Positions 54,456-64,000 of a DNA stretch of 64,000 nucleotides are shown here, piece after piece. The first letter of the stretch is position 1; each line of letters begins with the position of its first letter. Below the pieces are notes generated by a model, which was not told where the DNA came from, did not search any database, and saw only the letters and a program-made list of their open reading frames with translations. The position numbers and the translations under genes are program-made. The stretch is from the NCBI GenBank assembly GCA_963713605.1, contig CAVQMO010000010.1:224001-288000 (forward strand), given 5' to 3'. This stretch comes from an uncultured Nitrososphaerales archaeon (GTDB taxonomy: Archaea; Thermoproteota; Nitrososphaeria; Nitrososphaerales; Nitrososphaeraceae).

Positions 54456-54535
54456 GGCCGACAAATCGTTTGAAGGCCCACTTTACAACTAGTCTAAATG
54501 TAAAAATTTAACGGTCTTAAACGTTTAGAATAGAA

Positions 54536-55858
54536 ATGCCGGCTCCAATTCCAGAAGCGATCAAATCTAAAGTTATAGAGCTGTGGCTTCTCGGCTATAG
54601 CAGAGACTCCATGGCGTCAGCCAATAACATAAGCACGGGTGCAGTGAGTAACATAGTCAAAGAGTGGGAAGATAAATTAGGAAGGGATGTAATGCGAGGT
54701 TTGAGGGAAATTGGAGTTTTAGTAGAGAGAGGGTCTTTCTCCAGCTCAATGTGCAATCGGTTTTAGAATTATGAAGATGTTTGCGGTCCAAGGACTAGAC
54801 GGAGAAGCAGTCGAGAACTTCGTATCAGACATATACAAGGAGTGCAACAGACTTGGGATTACACCTATTAACATTGTAACACACATTGAAGACCTTACAA
54901 AATTCTCAAAAGAAGAAAATGTTCGACTTCCTGAAATCAAAGTATACGTAGATAAAAAGATAGTCCAGAAGAAAGAGTTAGAGGACAGCGTAGAACAGCT
55001 TAAGATGGAGGTTGCTGCTCTGAAGGAAAATAAATCAGAGCTCGAAGAAAGCCGCGACATGATTTTGGAGCAATATAGAAGAGCTGAAGGTGAGATAAAA
55101 TCATATCTTAGTTTTAAGCAAGAATTGGAAAAGCATGGAATTTCTATGACTGTTGATATTCCCAAATTTGCAAGTACCGTCAAATCTATCGCAGAACATA
55201 GATACGACCCTAAAAAGGTACTAGAGGAATTTTTGGACATCCAATACCATCAGGAAAAACTGAGGGCATTGAAAATAGCAATTGACGAAGACCAAAAAAA
55301 TCATGAAAGACTTGACAGCCAGAATTCATCACTTCTAAAGAGTATAGGCTCACTTTCCAGAAAAGCTGATCTATATAATGAACTAGAACTTGCAGGATTT
55401 GGCATTAAGGAGCTAAAAAGATTACCTGATACGATAATGGCTATTGCAAGGTCAAATCAAATAAACCACTGGCTTGCGATCGATAAATTCTTTAATGATA
55501 TTGAAACTCAATACGATGCTAAACTAGGTTTCGAGTCAGAGAATGACAAGCTGGTCACAGAGATAAAGATGCTCGAAGAGGAACGAAAGAAGAACTTGGA
55601 GAATCTTAGGAATCAACCTTTTATAGGTCCTATTGTTATGGGACTTCTTAACCTCGGTTTAAACGAGACCGATATCTTGGAGTGTGCAAAGATATTTTCA
55701 GTATTTGGAAGAGCTCTTATCCCATAAAAGATATAGCCCTTAGCATGATAAAGGCCGTAGAAAAGATGGCGTCCAGCCGTACTAGTAGTGAAGACAAAAC
55801 AATCGAGATTCTAGGAAGGGCGAGAGAGGAATTGTCAAGATTAGATTTATCCCAGTAG
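54536..55858 (+). pseudogene. HTH plus long coiled-coil protein with two frameshifts
   Basis: MPAPIPEAIKSKVIELWL.GYSRD...ISTGAVSNIVKEW; breaks near 54725 and 55700; continues to ...ELSRLDLSQ*. Confidence 0.8.
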
Positions 55859-56137
55859 TTGGTTGGTTTACTGATTCCATTATTTATACTTCTGCTCCTC
55901 TTGGATATCTATATCGGCTTTTTCCTAATGCTAGTACGGGTGAATCCAGATGAATTAAGGACGCTATCCCCTTTGATTCTTTGAACCATCGCAATATCTG
56001 CCTTATATAAAGCCAGTGAGTAGACCGTTCAATTATATTTGATATCAGATCATTTGGACTAGCTTCAATAACCGTTTTGTCGCTACAGATTTTGAGAATC
56101 GCATCAAGTATTGGAACAGCAATTATTCTATTAATGA

Positions 56138-56446
56138 CTAACGATCTTCTTTTTTGTCTGCAGCAACTTCTATTGTCTTCTGCTTTTCCTTGTTCAGTTC
56201 ATCAAGTGTCATGGTTTCTGCAGAGGTTATAATATTGCCGTTCTTCTCGAAGTCTTCTTGTATAGATAAGACCGCGTACTGCGAATTTTTCAAGATTTCA
56301 ATAACCGAGTTGTCGTTAGAAGGCAGTTGAAGTTCTAACTCTTCTAATGGAACCACGGAACCGTAATCGTCAATGTCGAGCCTAGTGACACTAATCATTT
56401 TATTGTTATTGTGAACGCCATTTACTTTAACTAGCATAATCCACAT
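56138..56446 (-). CDS. Hypothetical protein
   Basis: MLVKVNGV...VTRLDIDD.G...; 102-aa ORF with protein-like composition. Confidence 0.65.
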   Translation of the reverse strand: MWIMLVKVNGVHNNNKMISVTRLDIDDYGSVVPLEELELQLPSNDNSVIEILKNSQYAVLSIQEDFEKNGNIITSAETMTLDELNKEKQKTIEVAADKKEDR

Positions 56447-57573
56447 TTCAATAAGAACATAATCAAACTATTATGCGTTAAGGTAATGACGATAACTGAT
56501 AATACCTTGGTTTTGAGTAATTCGTCATTATTTCCTGATTTTTTTGATTCTTACTTTCTCGAATTCCTATCCATCACACACACTAGGACAACCATTACTG
56601 TAAACAATTAACTTGTATTAGATTGTTTTAATAGCATAGCATATTGATTGTTATACTTTTACTAAGCGTATATACAAAATTAGCCCAAATACTTTCGTTA
56701 ATTACTAGAGAGCCTTGACTCGTGACGGACAGCATAGACATTGATACAATCGACTGGAGTATTCTCTGCGAAGAACTTACATATTTTGCAAGAATTCGAT
56801 CTGCCTCAGAATGCATTTTTCTTGTGTGTTTATCTGATAGTACTACTATTAGTTTGAAAGTCGTTCGTCTCGATGTATAAAAAGAAAGATGTAATAATAA
56901 CCTCGTCATTTTAAACAATACGAATAGAAAAGGAATCTGTAAAAACTGTGGTGAAGATATTGGTCAAGATAGCGATTCTGATATGTTTTGTTCGGAACAA
57001 TGTGGAGTTGAATATCAAATGGAACATGACAGAAAATAGTGACATGTTCGTTACGTTATGCAATACTTATTCTGGTCCGCTACTGATATACTCACCTAAA
57101 GGCTTTCAGACCATTGACGCTTTGAATGTCATTCTCGGCCTCCAAAATAAAGTTGCATTCATCTACCACATATCACATACCATAATCCCCGATCACGCAC
57201 ATATTCGCAAATCATGGGATGATACGTTACTATCCCGTATGACTTACGATCATCATCTATGAGCTCATATCTTTTCATCAAATGTCTCTCAATTATGGCG
57301 TATCATCTTCTTAGTATACATTTTTTACATTTTTTTAAAATTGCCGATCGGATAATGTGGATGGTAATAATAGATAATAGTATGACACGAAGATAATACT
57401 AAGACGCTATTTTTTATCTGGTGCACAGGGTTAGAAAAAAGTAATGCAAGTATGCAGGACTAAGGTCTAGGAAGGGAGAACAAAGCGTCTGTTTATTTAC
57501 TCGATACTTTATCAGCCTTTAAGTAGATGAGTAGCTTAAGGGCATTACAAATATGAGAGCAAATTCCTCATAT

Positions 57574-57681
57574 CTATGCCTTTATCTTGTTTCTTTTACG
57601 CCTTTCAGCTTTCGCATACTTTTTGCTTGCTGATCTCCGTTCTGTGTATGCCGTAGTTTTAGTTCCTTTCCGGTGAATCAT
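57574..57681 (-). CDS. 35-aa highly basic microprotein (candidate)
   Basis: MIHRKGTKTTAYTERRSASKKYAKAERRKRNKIKA*; TATA-like GATATATC about 25 nt upstream. Confidence 0.4.
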   Translation of the reverse strand: MIHRKGTKTTAYTERRSASKKYAKAERRKRNKIKA

Positions 57682-58701
57682 TATTCGAATCAGTAGGACT
57701 AGAGATATATCTGTGTCGCTATATCTAAACAGTAGCTATATCTAATCATATTGTGGAATTAATCGACTATATGTCTCGTTTACTCAAGTTTCCCTTATGT
57801 GCTCAATAAAAATAGGCTTTCTGGTCAAATTATCTGTTTCATGTATATAACAAACATCATAATACAACAATCATTGCGGGATGTCCTCGAAACTGTAACA
57901 ATATCATTGTCATATTGATGCATCTGTTCATACGGTAAGTCTGTGAGATAGACAGTCTTCAAGACTATCCCTTTAGATATTGTTCATTTGAGCTAGTATT
58001 ATTACTAGTGTTTCATCCCCATTACTGGCGTTCTTCTTAAATCCCTATGGGAAGTCGCGCAATAGCCACAAAAATCCTGAATATTGCCTTTAGTATGACA
58101 CATACACTCACATCTACTACCTATTGAAAAATTATTCCTTCGTTTCAATTATTAGAATCAATGTACAGTCGGTACGAGCCATTATAATAGCATTACTATA
58201 TGGCAGGATTTAAATCTAATTAGATAACACTAAGAAACATAAGTGAGATCCTTATATCGAGTCACAATCATTAATTGACTTGTAATAATATTCTTCAATA
58301 TGGATCTACTATAAGCTATATAAGCAATGTAGTATGAGATTCATGAGGAGTTTTTGGACGTAGGATCCATATACTTAAGTACTTAGATGGCATACCTTGT
58401 ATATAGAGGAAAAAGGTTGTGTTGTATGCCGTGATAACGACAGTAGGGATGTTTGTTAACGTCTGACATTGTTTCTAAGAACGGTGTACGAATGGCTTCA
58501 ATCTGGATAAGATTTGCCAAGCTAATTGACAGTTGCCTTAGATTTGCAAATTAACATTCAAGATCCTTATTGACCGAAACACCCTGACTAATTTAGTAGT
58601 TCACTTAATACGGATCGTCTCAGCACCAGGACATACTAACCGTGTTAACATATATGTTAGTCTAACCATATAATACTCTATATGTTGTGTGATAATCTTT
58701 C

Positions 58702-59028
58702 TTGACACAGAACAGTTTTCCACTAAGACAATGGCATGAAGAGCATATGGAAAAAATAGTTTTAAAGTTTGTAACGGGACTTTCTCCAAATGCTACTGCT
58801 TGGGAGAAAAAGATCTTTAAGCGTTATGGTAAACTAGCCAATGTTTGCAGACAAATAAACTATGACATCAAACAGGGAGCTACAAACGATCAGGTTCTTT
58901 TGTTTTTACAGAAGATTAGAAATGATTCTTCCTTTTCTGTTCTTAGAGCGATTAATGGTTCTCTGGATAGATTAGAGATATTAGAGAACGAATTTCTTCC
59001 AGACAAAAAGACATACCACTGGTATTAA
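58702..59028 (+). CDS. Hypothetical protein, paralogue A (FPLxxWHEEH family)
   Basis: MTQNSFPLRQWHEEHMEK...WEKK..KRYGK...INYDIK.GA. Confidence 0.8.
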   Translation: MTQNSFPLRQWHEEHMEKIVLKFVTGLSPNATAWEKKIFKRYGKLANVCRQINYDIKQGATNDQVLLFLQKIRNDSSFSVLRAINGSLDRLEILENEFLPDKKTYHWY

Positions 59029-59176
59029 CTGTAGACTTGAGGGTTGATGTATTTTTGGATATATACGATAATTTCAGATGTATTTACAATAGCGAATGTT
59101 AGTGTGAGTTCCCAATGTGAATTTGGGGGCGCAGCAAGTTATGGTGTTAATCTGATAATCGTCGATCTATATCTAT

Positions 59177-60154
59177 TTAGTTATTTCCCTTTATTCCGTT
59201 TGCAACTAGTACAGAGTAGCAACCAAGTCCACAGCGTTCGCATATTGGCTTTAATCCATTTTTGGTATCAGAGCTTCCAATACAACATGGCTGCTTAACT
59301 CGTCCCAAGTGATCCAAAGACAGGATTGCCCATGAAGGACACTGTACAGGTGTCTTACCTGTACCTCCCCAATTACCTCTCATCAACGATAATTGTTTCT
59401 CTCCATTTACTACAAACTTAGGAAATCGTTTCCTCAAATCAACTAGATTATCTACTACTTTGTCTCGTTTATCTCCAAAAGGCAACCACAATGAGTCATC
59501 TTTGATAAACGGGGTATGAAATTGGAACGCTATTTTGTGTACTGTCCCGTGCCATTCTTCTACCAAATCGATAACAGTATGATAATTTAATGAATTGATA
59601 GTCATTGCTATCCATATGTCTTTCCATGCTGGTTTGCCTCGATTTTTTGGTCCATCGATATAATCTAGGATATTCTGCTTGGTTTTTGCATATGTCCCCT
59701 TCCCTCTAATATTATCGTGAATTCTTTCGGTACCATCAATAGAGACCCAATAAAAGTATAGATTCTTGAATCTTTTCAATGGGTAAGTAGCATTCGTTAC
59801 TACACAAACTCGTCTGGGCATTTCATCACAAAAGACTTCAATAAGGTCAGGCCGAAGTGTTGGTTCTCCCCCAACCAATGTTATTATAGGGATTCTTAGT
59901 TTCTTGAAGGTATTTCTTATTATCTTTCTCCACTCTTCAGAACTCATTCCATCATTTTCACTATTTTTTCTGTTTAACCACCAATAGCAATGTGTGCAAT
60001 GCAGATTGCAGACGTTTATGATGTCTGCTGAACCAAATAGGGCTGGTTTTGCATGGAGTAGTTTGATACTTGCATATTTGGCAAAAATGTTAAAACCAAT
60101 AGACATCCCACGAGTCAGATCAGTTATTCTACTGTGATAAAATAGATTAACCAT
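59177..60154 (-). CDS. Radical SAM protein with C-terminal auxiliary Cys cluster
   Basis: CNLHCTHC, VGGEP, VTN, SIDG...HD.IRG.G.Y; C...PCC...CERC..GC. Confidence 0.92.
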   Translation of the reverse strand: MVNLFYHSRITDLTRGMSIGFNIFAKYASIKLLHAKPALFGSADIINVCNLHCTHCYWWLNRKNSENDGMSSEEWRKIIRNTFKKLRIPIITLVGGEPTLRPDLIEVFCDEMPRRVCVVTNATYPLKRFKNLYFYWVSIDGTERIHDNIRGKGTYAKTKQNILDYIDGPKNRGKPAWKDIWIAMTINSLNYHTVIDLVEEWHGTVHKIAFQFHTPFIKDDSLWLPFGDKRDKVVDNLVDLRKRFPKFVVNGEKQLSLMRGNWGGTGKTPVQCPSWAILSLDHLGRVKQPCCIGSSDTKNGLKPICERCGLGCYSVLVANGIKGNN

Positions 60155-60759
60155 GGATTACTATTGATATGGGAAAAAGAGTCCTGCTTATTAAGCCTAA
60201 ACCATGTGGTCGATGAATTTTCAATCTGGTTACAGCTAAACCTAATGATTCCCAGCTGATTTATGACGGACGCAATAATAATATCAAATCTGTAGCAGGT
60301 CAATCTGACACGCCACATAATAATACTAGTCAAGCGTTTCAACAATAACTCTGACCCTTTTTCCAACCATTGAAGTTGGGATTAATAATATGTGATGAAG
60401 TACCACATTTTCTTACAGTATACTTGAATGTTATAGAGGCAATTTTTCGATTCTTTTGTAGCATATCATTTTAGGTATGAATGTCTGCCGTGATTATAGA
60501 GGAATCTGCTTCTTGTGCTCTTGTCATTTTAGTTAAGTGATGCCTTCCAGGAAAGTATTGAGAATATAATTTCCCCCAATCATAGCCTTTAGATTGTAAA
60601 TCCCAAAACCAGTCTTAGCCCATAAAGCTATGGGAATAATTACACCTAGATTATTTCCTATATTTTTGCTAAGGTCAGATAAGTCTATGACGCCGTCATC
60701 ACATCTGGTCAAAATTGAAACTGTATATCATGATAATGGTGGGTAGTTGAATAATTCCC

Positions 60760-61025
60760 ACGATAGACGACAACCGAGGCTTTAATATTAACTCACTATT
60801 CGGTCTGGAACTAGCAAAGTATATCATGTTAAGGTTTGTGAACTACCACGACAGTATTGAGAAAATAGCGGAGATCTTTGATAATGATAAACAATTGATT
60901 TCAGAAGTAGTTAAGTTTCTTAACGATATACGTTGGATTAAACCGGACATAAATATAAAATTACACCTAAAGGCGAAAATAATCTGATATCGCACCAAAA
61001 ACCATTGGTTAATTTAGGTAGGTAA
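60760..61025 (+). pseudogene. Small winged-helix-like gene, frameshifted
   Basis: FNINSLFGLELAKYIMLRFVN...IEKIAEIFDNDKQLISEVVKFLNDIRWIK/KITPKG. Confidence 0.6.
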
Positions 61026-61408
61026 GGAGGCGGCTAAACTAAGTATAAATGAGCGTCTTGATGGTCAACTTCTGATATCTACTCGTCATATAATACAAAT
61101 TATACAGTAATTTGATAAATGGTGCTAGGTAGTTATTACATAATTATGAAATAATAGTATAACTGGATGTCATGGAAAGTTGTTTTTATCATCAAAACTG
61201 AAGATCAACATAAAGTTTGTGATGCACCAATTTTATGCTCATTTTTGCGAAAAAAATCCTCTATCAGTTAGGAAAACAATGACTACATAGCATGCATACA
61301 TAATCTAATATTGAGAATTGCATTCTAGTCTTCTGATGAAATAGTAAGGAACTAAGAATTTTATAAGGTTATATATGTTTGTCACATGTACCTATATAGA
61401 TAAAATTT

Positions 61409-61771
61409 TTGACCCAAAATAGTTTCCCGTTAATAAAATGGCACGAAGAACATATGGAAAAGTTGATCATGAGGTATGTAATAGGACTTCCAGTAGACGC
61501 GTCCAATTGGCAAAAACGAATGAACAAGAGGTATGGAAAGATATCAAATATAGTTAAAAATATCAATTACGACATAAAGCATGGCGCAAATAAGGAGCAG
61601 GTAATATCGCTATTCTCAAGAATTCGTGAAGACTCATTCTTCCATGATCTCCAGATAAACAAAGAGTCGATGGATCGACTTGACAGTCTGGAAAGGGAAT
61701 TAAATATATCTCCACATACACATAGCATTAGAGCAGTATTGCAATCGCTCTCAAGTAATGCAGACAGCTAA
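61409..61771 (+). CDS. Hypothetical protein, paralogue B (FPLxxWHEEH family)
   Basis: MTQNSFPLIKWHEEHMEK...WQKR..KRYGK...INYDIKHGA. Confidence 0.8.
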   Translation: MTQNSFPLIKWHEEHMEKLIMRYVIGLPVDASNWQKRMNKRYGKISNIVKNINYDIKHGANKEQVISLFSRIREDSFFHDLQINKESMDRLDSLERELNISPHTHSIRAVLQSLSSNADS

Positions 61772-62060
61772 TTCGGATTACATTCGTAAACAATCACTTC
61801 CTGAGAGCAAATAAAAAATAGAAAAACTGGGTGGGGGTACAAATTTAGGTACTCGGACACACAGATGGATGACAATCTAATTTTTTCATCATCTTCAGCA
61901 AAAAAGGAGTTATAAGCATTGGACTTCAAGATACTGTCGTTGATGACCTTTAGCCCAGCAAATAAACAGAACGATAACGATTAGTTCAATAAAGCCTTCG
62001 ATAAACTAATTGTTTAACAGTGAAAAACTTTTGTCTCATGTTAAGTTTATACAATGCTCT

Positions 62061-62801
62061 TTAATCGAAAATCTTTTTACGTGCGACACGTTCCCCTTCC
62101 AAAAGAATGCTTTGATATTGTATACTCCTTTCTAAATAACGATTAGTTCTGAGATCATCATCATTATATAAGGTTATACCATGAATCTCAGAAGAGTATT
62201 TTCCAGTCGTAAAATTTCTTGTTGGATTGTCAATATCCACCAAGTTACAATGGATGGACTGATATCTTAGCCTTCCTGGTTTGTAGAATATTCGTTCTAT
62301 GTACCTTTCTCTAATGCAATTTGGTTTTTCGAAATGCTTCTCAAAAATCTTAACTCCATAAACGTCGGGACTATCTCCATCACGACGATCACTATTTATC
62401 TTTGAATTGCTTAATTTATCCAGATTAAATAGAAACTCCTCCTCATTTATGAGAGCGAACTCGTCAGAGTCAATGACTAGAAGGAAGTCTATATTCTTAT
62501 CGCCGGCAAATTCGAGATACTTATTTCTTTTCTCCATCTCTGTAAGGTTAGGGTAGCAGGAATATGCTGAATTGGAAAATGATTCTACCACATATCTTGA
62601 ATTATCTATGCTAATATCATGGTCATCTTCGAAATATCTAAATTTTCCATCAATGACAATCATGAGGTCAACGAATTCATGAATGGAATTCATGCATCGA
62701 CGTAGTCCTCTTTCATCATCAAATGATACGATTCCAGCGGCAATTCTCCTATTTTCTTTCAACTTATCTATAACCGATCCAAGGGAAATGTAGATCACCA
62801 C
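62061..62801 (-). CDS. GT-A (family 2-like) glycosyltransferase
   Basis: FDDERGLRRC..SI, IVIDG, EKRNKYL, LVIDSDE (DxD). Confidence 0.82.
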   Translation of the reverse strand: MVIYISLGSVIDKLKENRRIAAGIVSFDDERGLRRCMNSIHEFVDLMIVIDGKFRYFEDDHDISIDNSRYVVESFSNSAYSCYPNLTEMEKRNKYLEFAGDKNIDFLLVIDSDEFALINEEEFLFNLDKLSNSKINSDRRDGDSPDVYGVKIFEKHFEKPNCIRERYIERIFYKPGRLRYQSIHCNLVDIDNPTRNFTTGKYSSEIHGITLYNDDDLRTNRYLERSIQYQSILLEGERVARKKIFD

Positions 62802-62832
62802 TTATATGAGGATATGGCCAAGGGGATGACTA

Positions 62833-63063
62833 GTGGCATGCAAAGGTATCTGTGTTAATCATAGAGCGTTGAGACCTCATGGGGCTGATATCAGCAGATA
62901 TGCCAAAGGACAAAAGAGGTGTCAGATTTGCTGTGTGTTTGTCATATGGGGTGGCCTGCACTGCCCTTGTTGTGGAACTAGACTTAGACTAAAACCGCGA
63001 ATTATGAGGTTAAAGCAGAGGTTAAATGCTAACCTTCATAAAGATATAACGAAACGGTACTAA
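62833..63063 (+). CDS. Thaumarchaeal small zinc-finger protein
   Basis: CKGIC..H...RYA.GQKRCQIC...W.G..CPCCG.RLR.KPR. Confidence 0.85.
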   Translation: MACKGICVNHRALRPHGADISRYAKGQKRCQICCVFVIWGGLHCPCCGTRLRLKPRIMRLKQRLNANLHKDITKRY

Positions 63064-64000
63064 TAATAATACACCATCGTTGGCAAATCCTTTACTGCCA
63101 GAGAAATATACCCTCAATTGGCGTATCTCATTTCACTGATGGTCACCATACAATTGCGTGTCTCAATCCTGTGTCATTGTGATGACGTTAACAGTTGCCA
63201 AATACCATCACCAAAAGCGGGAATACAAGACTTCTTAAGTAATGCTTGCTAAATAATAATAATGTCATATTTTCGATCAAGTTCACGGGACGGACCATCG
63301 AATCCTAAGAATGGATATCAGAGAGTAGTAACAAATTATGAGGGGATCAGCCACCTACAAGTTTTTATGAATGGGAGCTGGAGGCATGATTATAGGTGTA
63401 AAGAGCATACTAACAAGGATTGCAGGACGAAATAGGTATCTAGCTTGCCAAGGCTAACAGCAAACTGAATACTACCTCTACCTCCAAACTGAAACTTTTT
63501 TCAATTAAATGGAAGATTCCTTCCTCAGAAAAGGTTATGCTTCATAGGTATCTTCCTCGGTTCAAGAAATAACATGGAAGAAACCGTTAAGATTTGCTCA
63601 ATTTGCAAAAGTTATGCAGATGCTTTTAGATGATCAGATTGGGATTTGGTAGATGTTTAAACGCTTCCTTATACAATAACATTGCAGGTAACTCATGAAA
63701 CTGTACTTACTTCTATAACGTTTACAAGCCGTGGTAATTGTAACCAATATTGATATTATATATATGGTAGCAGGTAGATCTTAAATATAGTAAAGTAAAC
63801 TATTTGTATTTTTCAGTATTCAAGATCATTCGTTTACCTTTTGGATTTAGAACTTACCGACTCACAACTTCAAAACTTGGAAAAGGAGATCCTTCCTTCA
63901 TTGCTGAAAAAGTCAATTTGTTAACACCCCTTGTGTGATCATAAATGAGACCTTTCCCACTAGATCGGGCACATGAAGCCTATGAGCTATTGATTGAGCG

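Noticed and set aside
63064..64000. Possible RNA gene or gene remnant at the window end
   Set aside because: No GC-rich structured segment or translatable motif that I can support

Overview
AT-rich archaeal DNA that reads like an accessory, partly decaying region of a soil ammonia-oxidising archaeon (Nitrososphaeraceae). This is inferred from archaeal Cdc48 and Hsp20, F420-dependent enzymes, a TRAM protein, lineage-typical zinc-finger and HTH families, and many TTG starts. Intact genes cover redox and proteostasis (receiver-fused thioredoxin reductase, WrbA, Cdc48, Hsp20, DsbA-like protein, peroxiredoxin, ParB/Srx-fold protein), FumC, a Zn-dehydrogenase, an F420 LLM oxidoreductase, an ABC-2 exporter, SemiSWEET, secreted proteins, a radical SAM enzyme and two glycosyltransferases. 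About 20 pseudogenes or fragments lie between them, including a dead tyrosine-integrase island at ~25-29.6 kb. I saw no rRNA, complete tRNA or CRISPR array. Main leads: (1) a ParB-fold protein with a sulfiredoxin-like GCRR motif next to a peroxiredoxin/DsbA pair, inside a 6.3-kb block bracketed by a 95-bp direct repeat; (2) a Cdc48 gene that appears to need an ATT start; (3) an iteron-like ATTTGAC array; (4) a radical SAM gene flanked by twin paralogues; (5) unannotated zinc-finger microproteins; (6) a Ku remnant. Family calls come from recognising motifs by eye, not from database searches.
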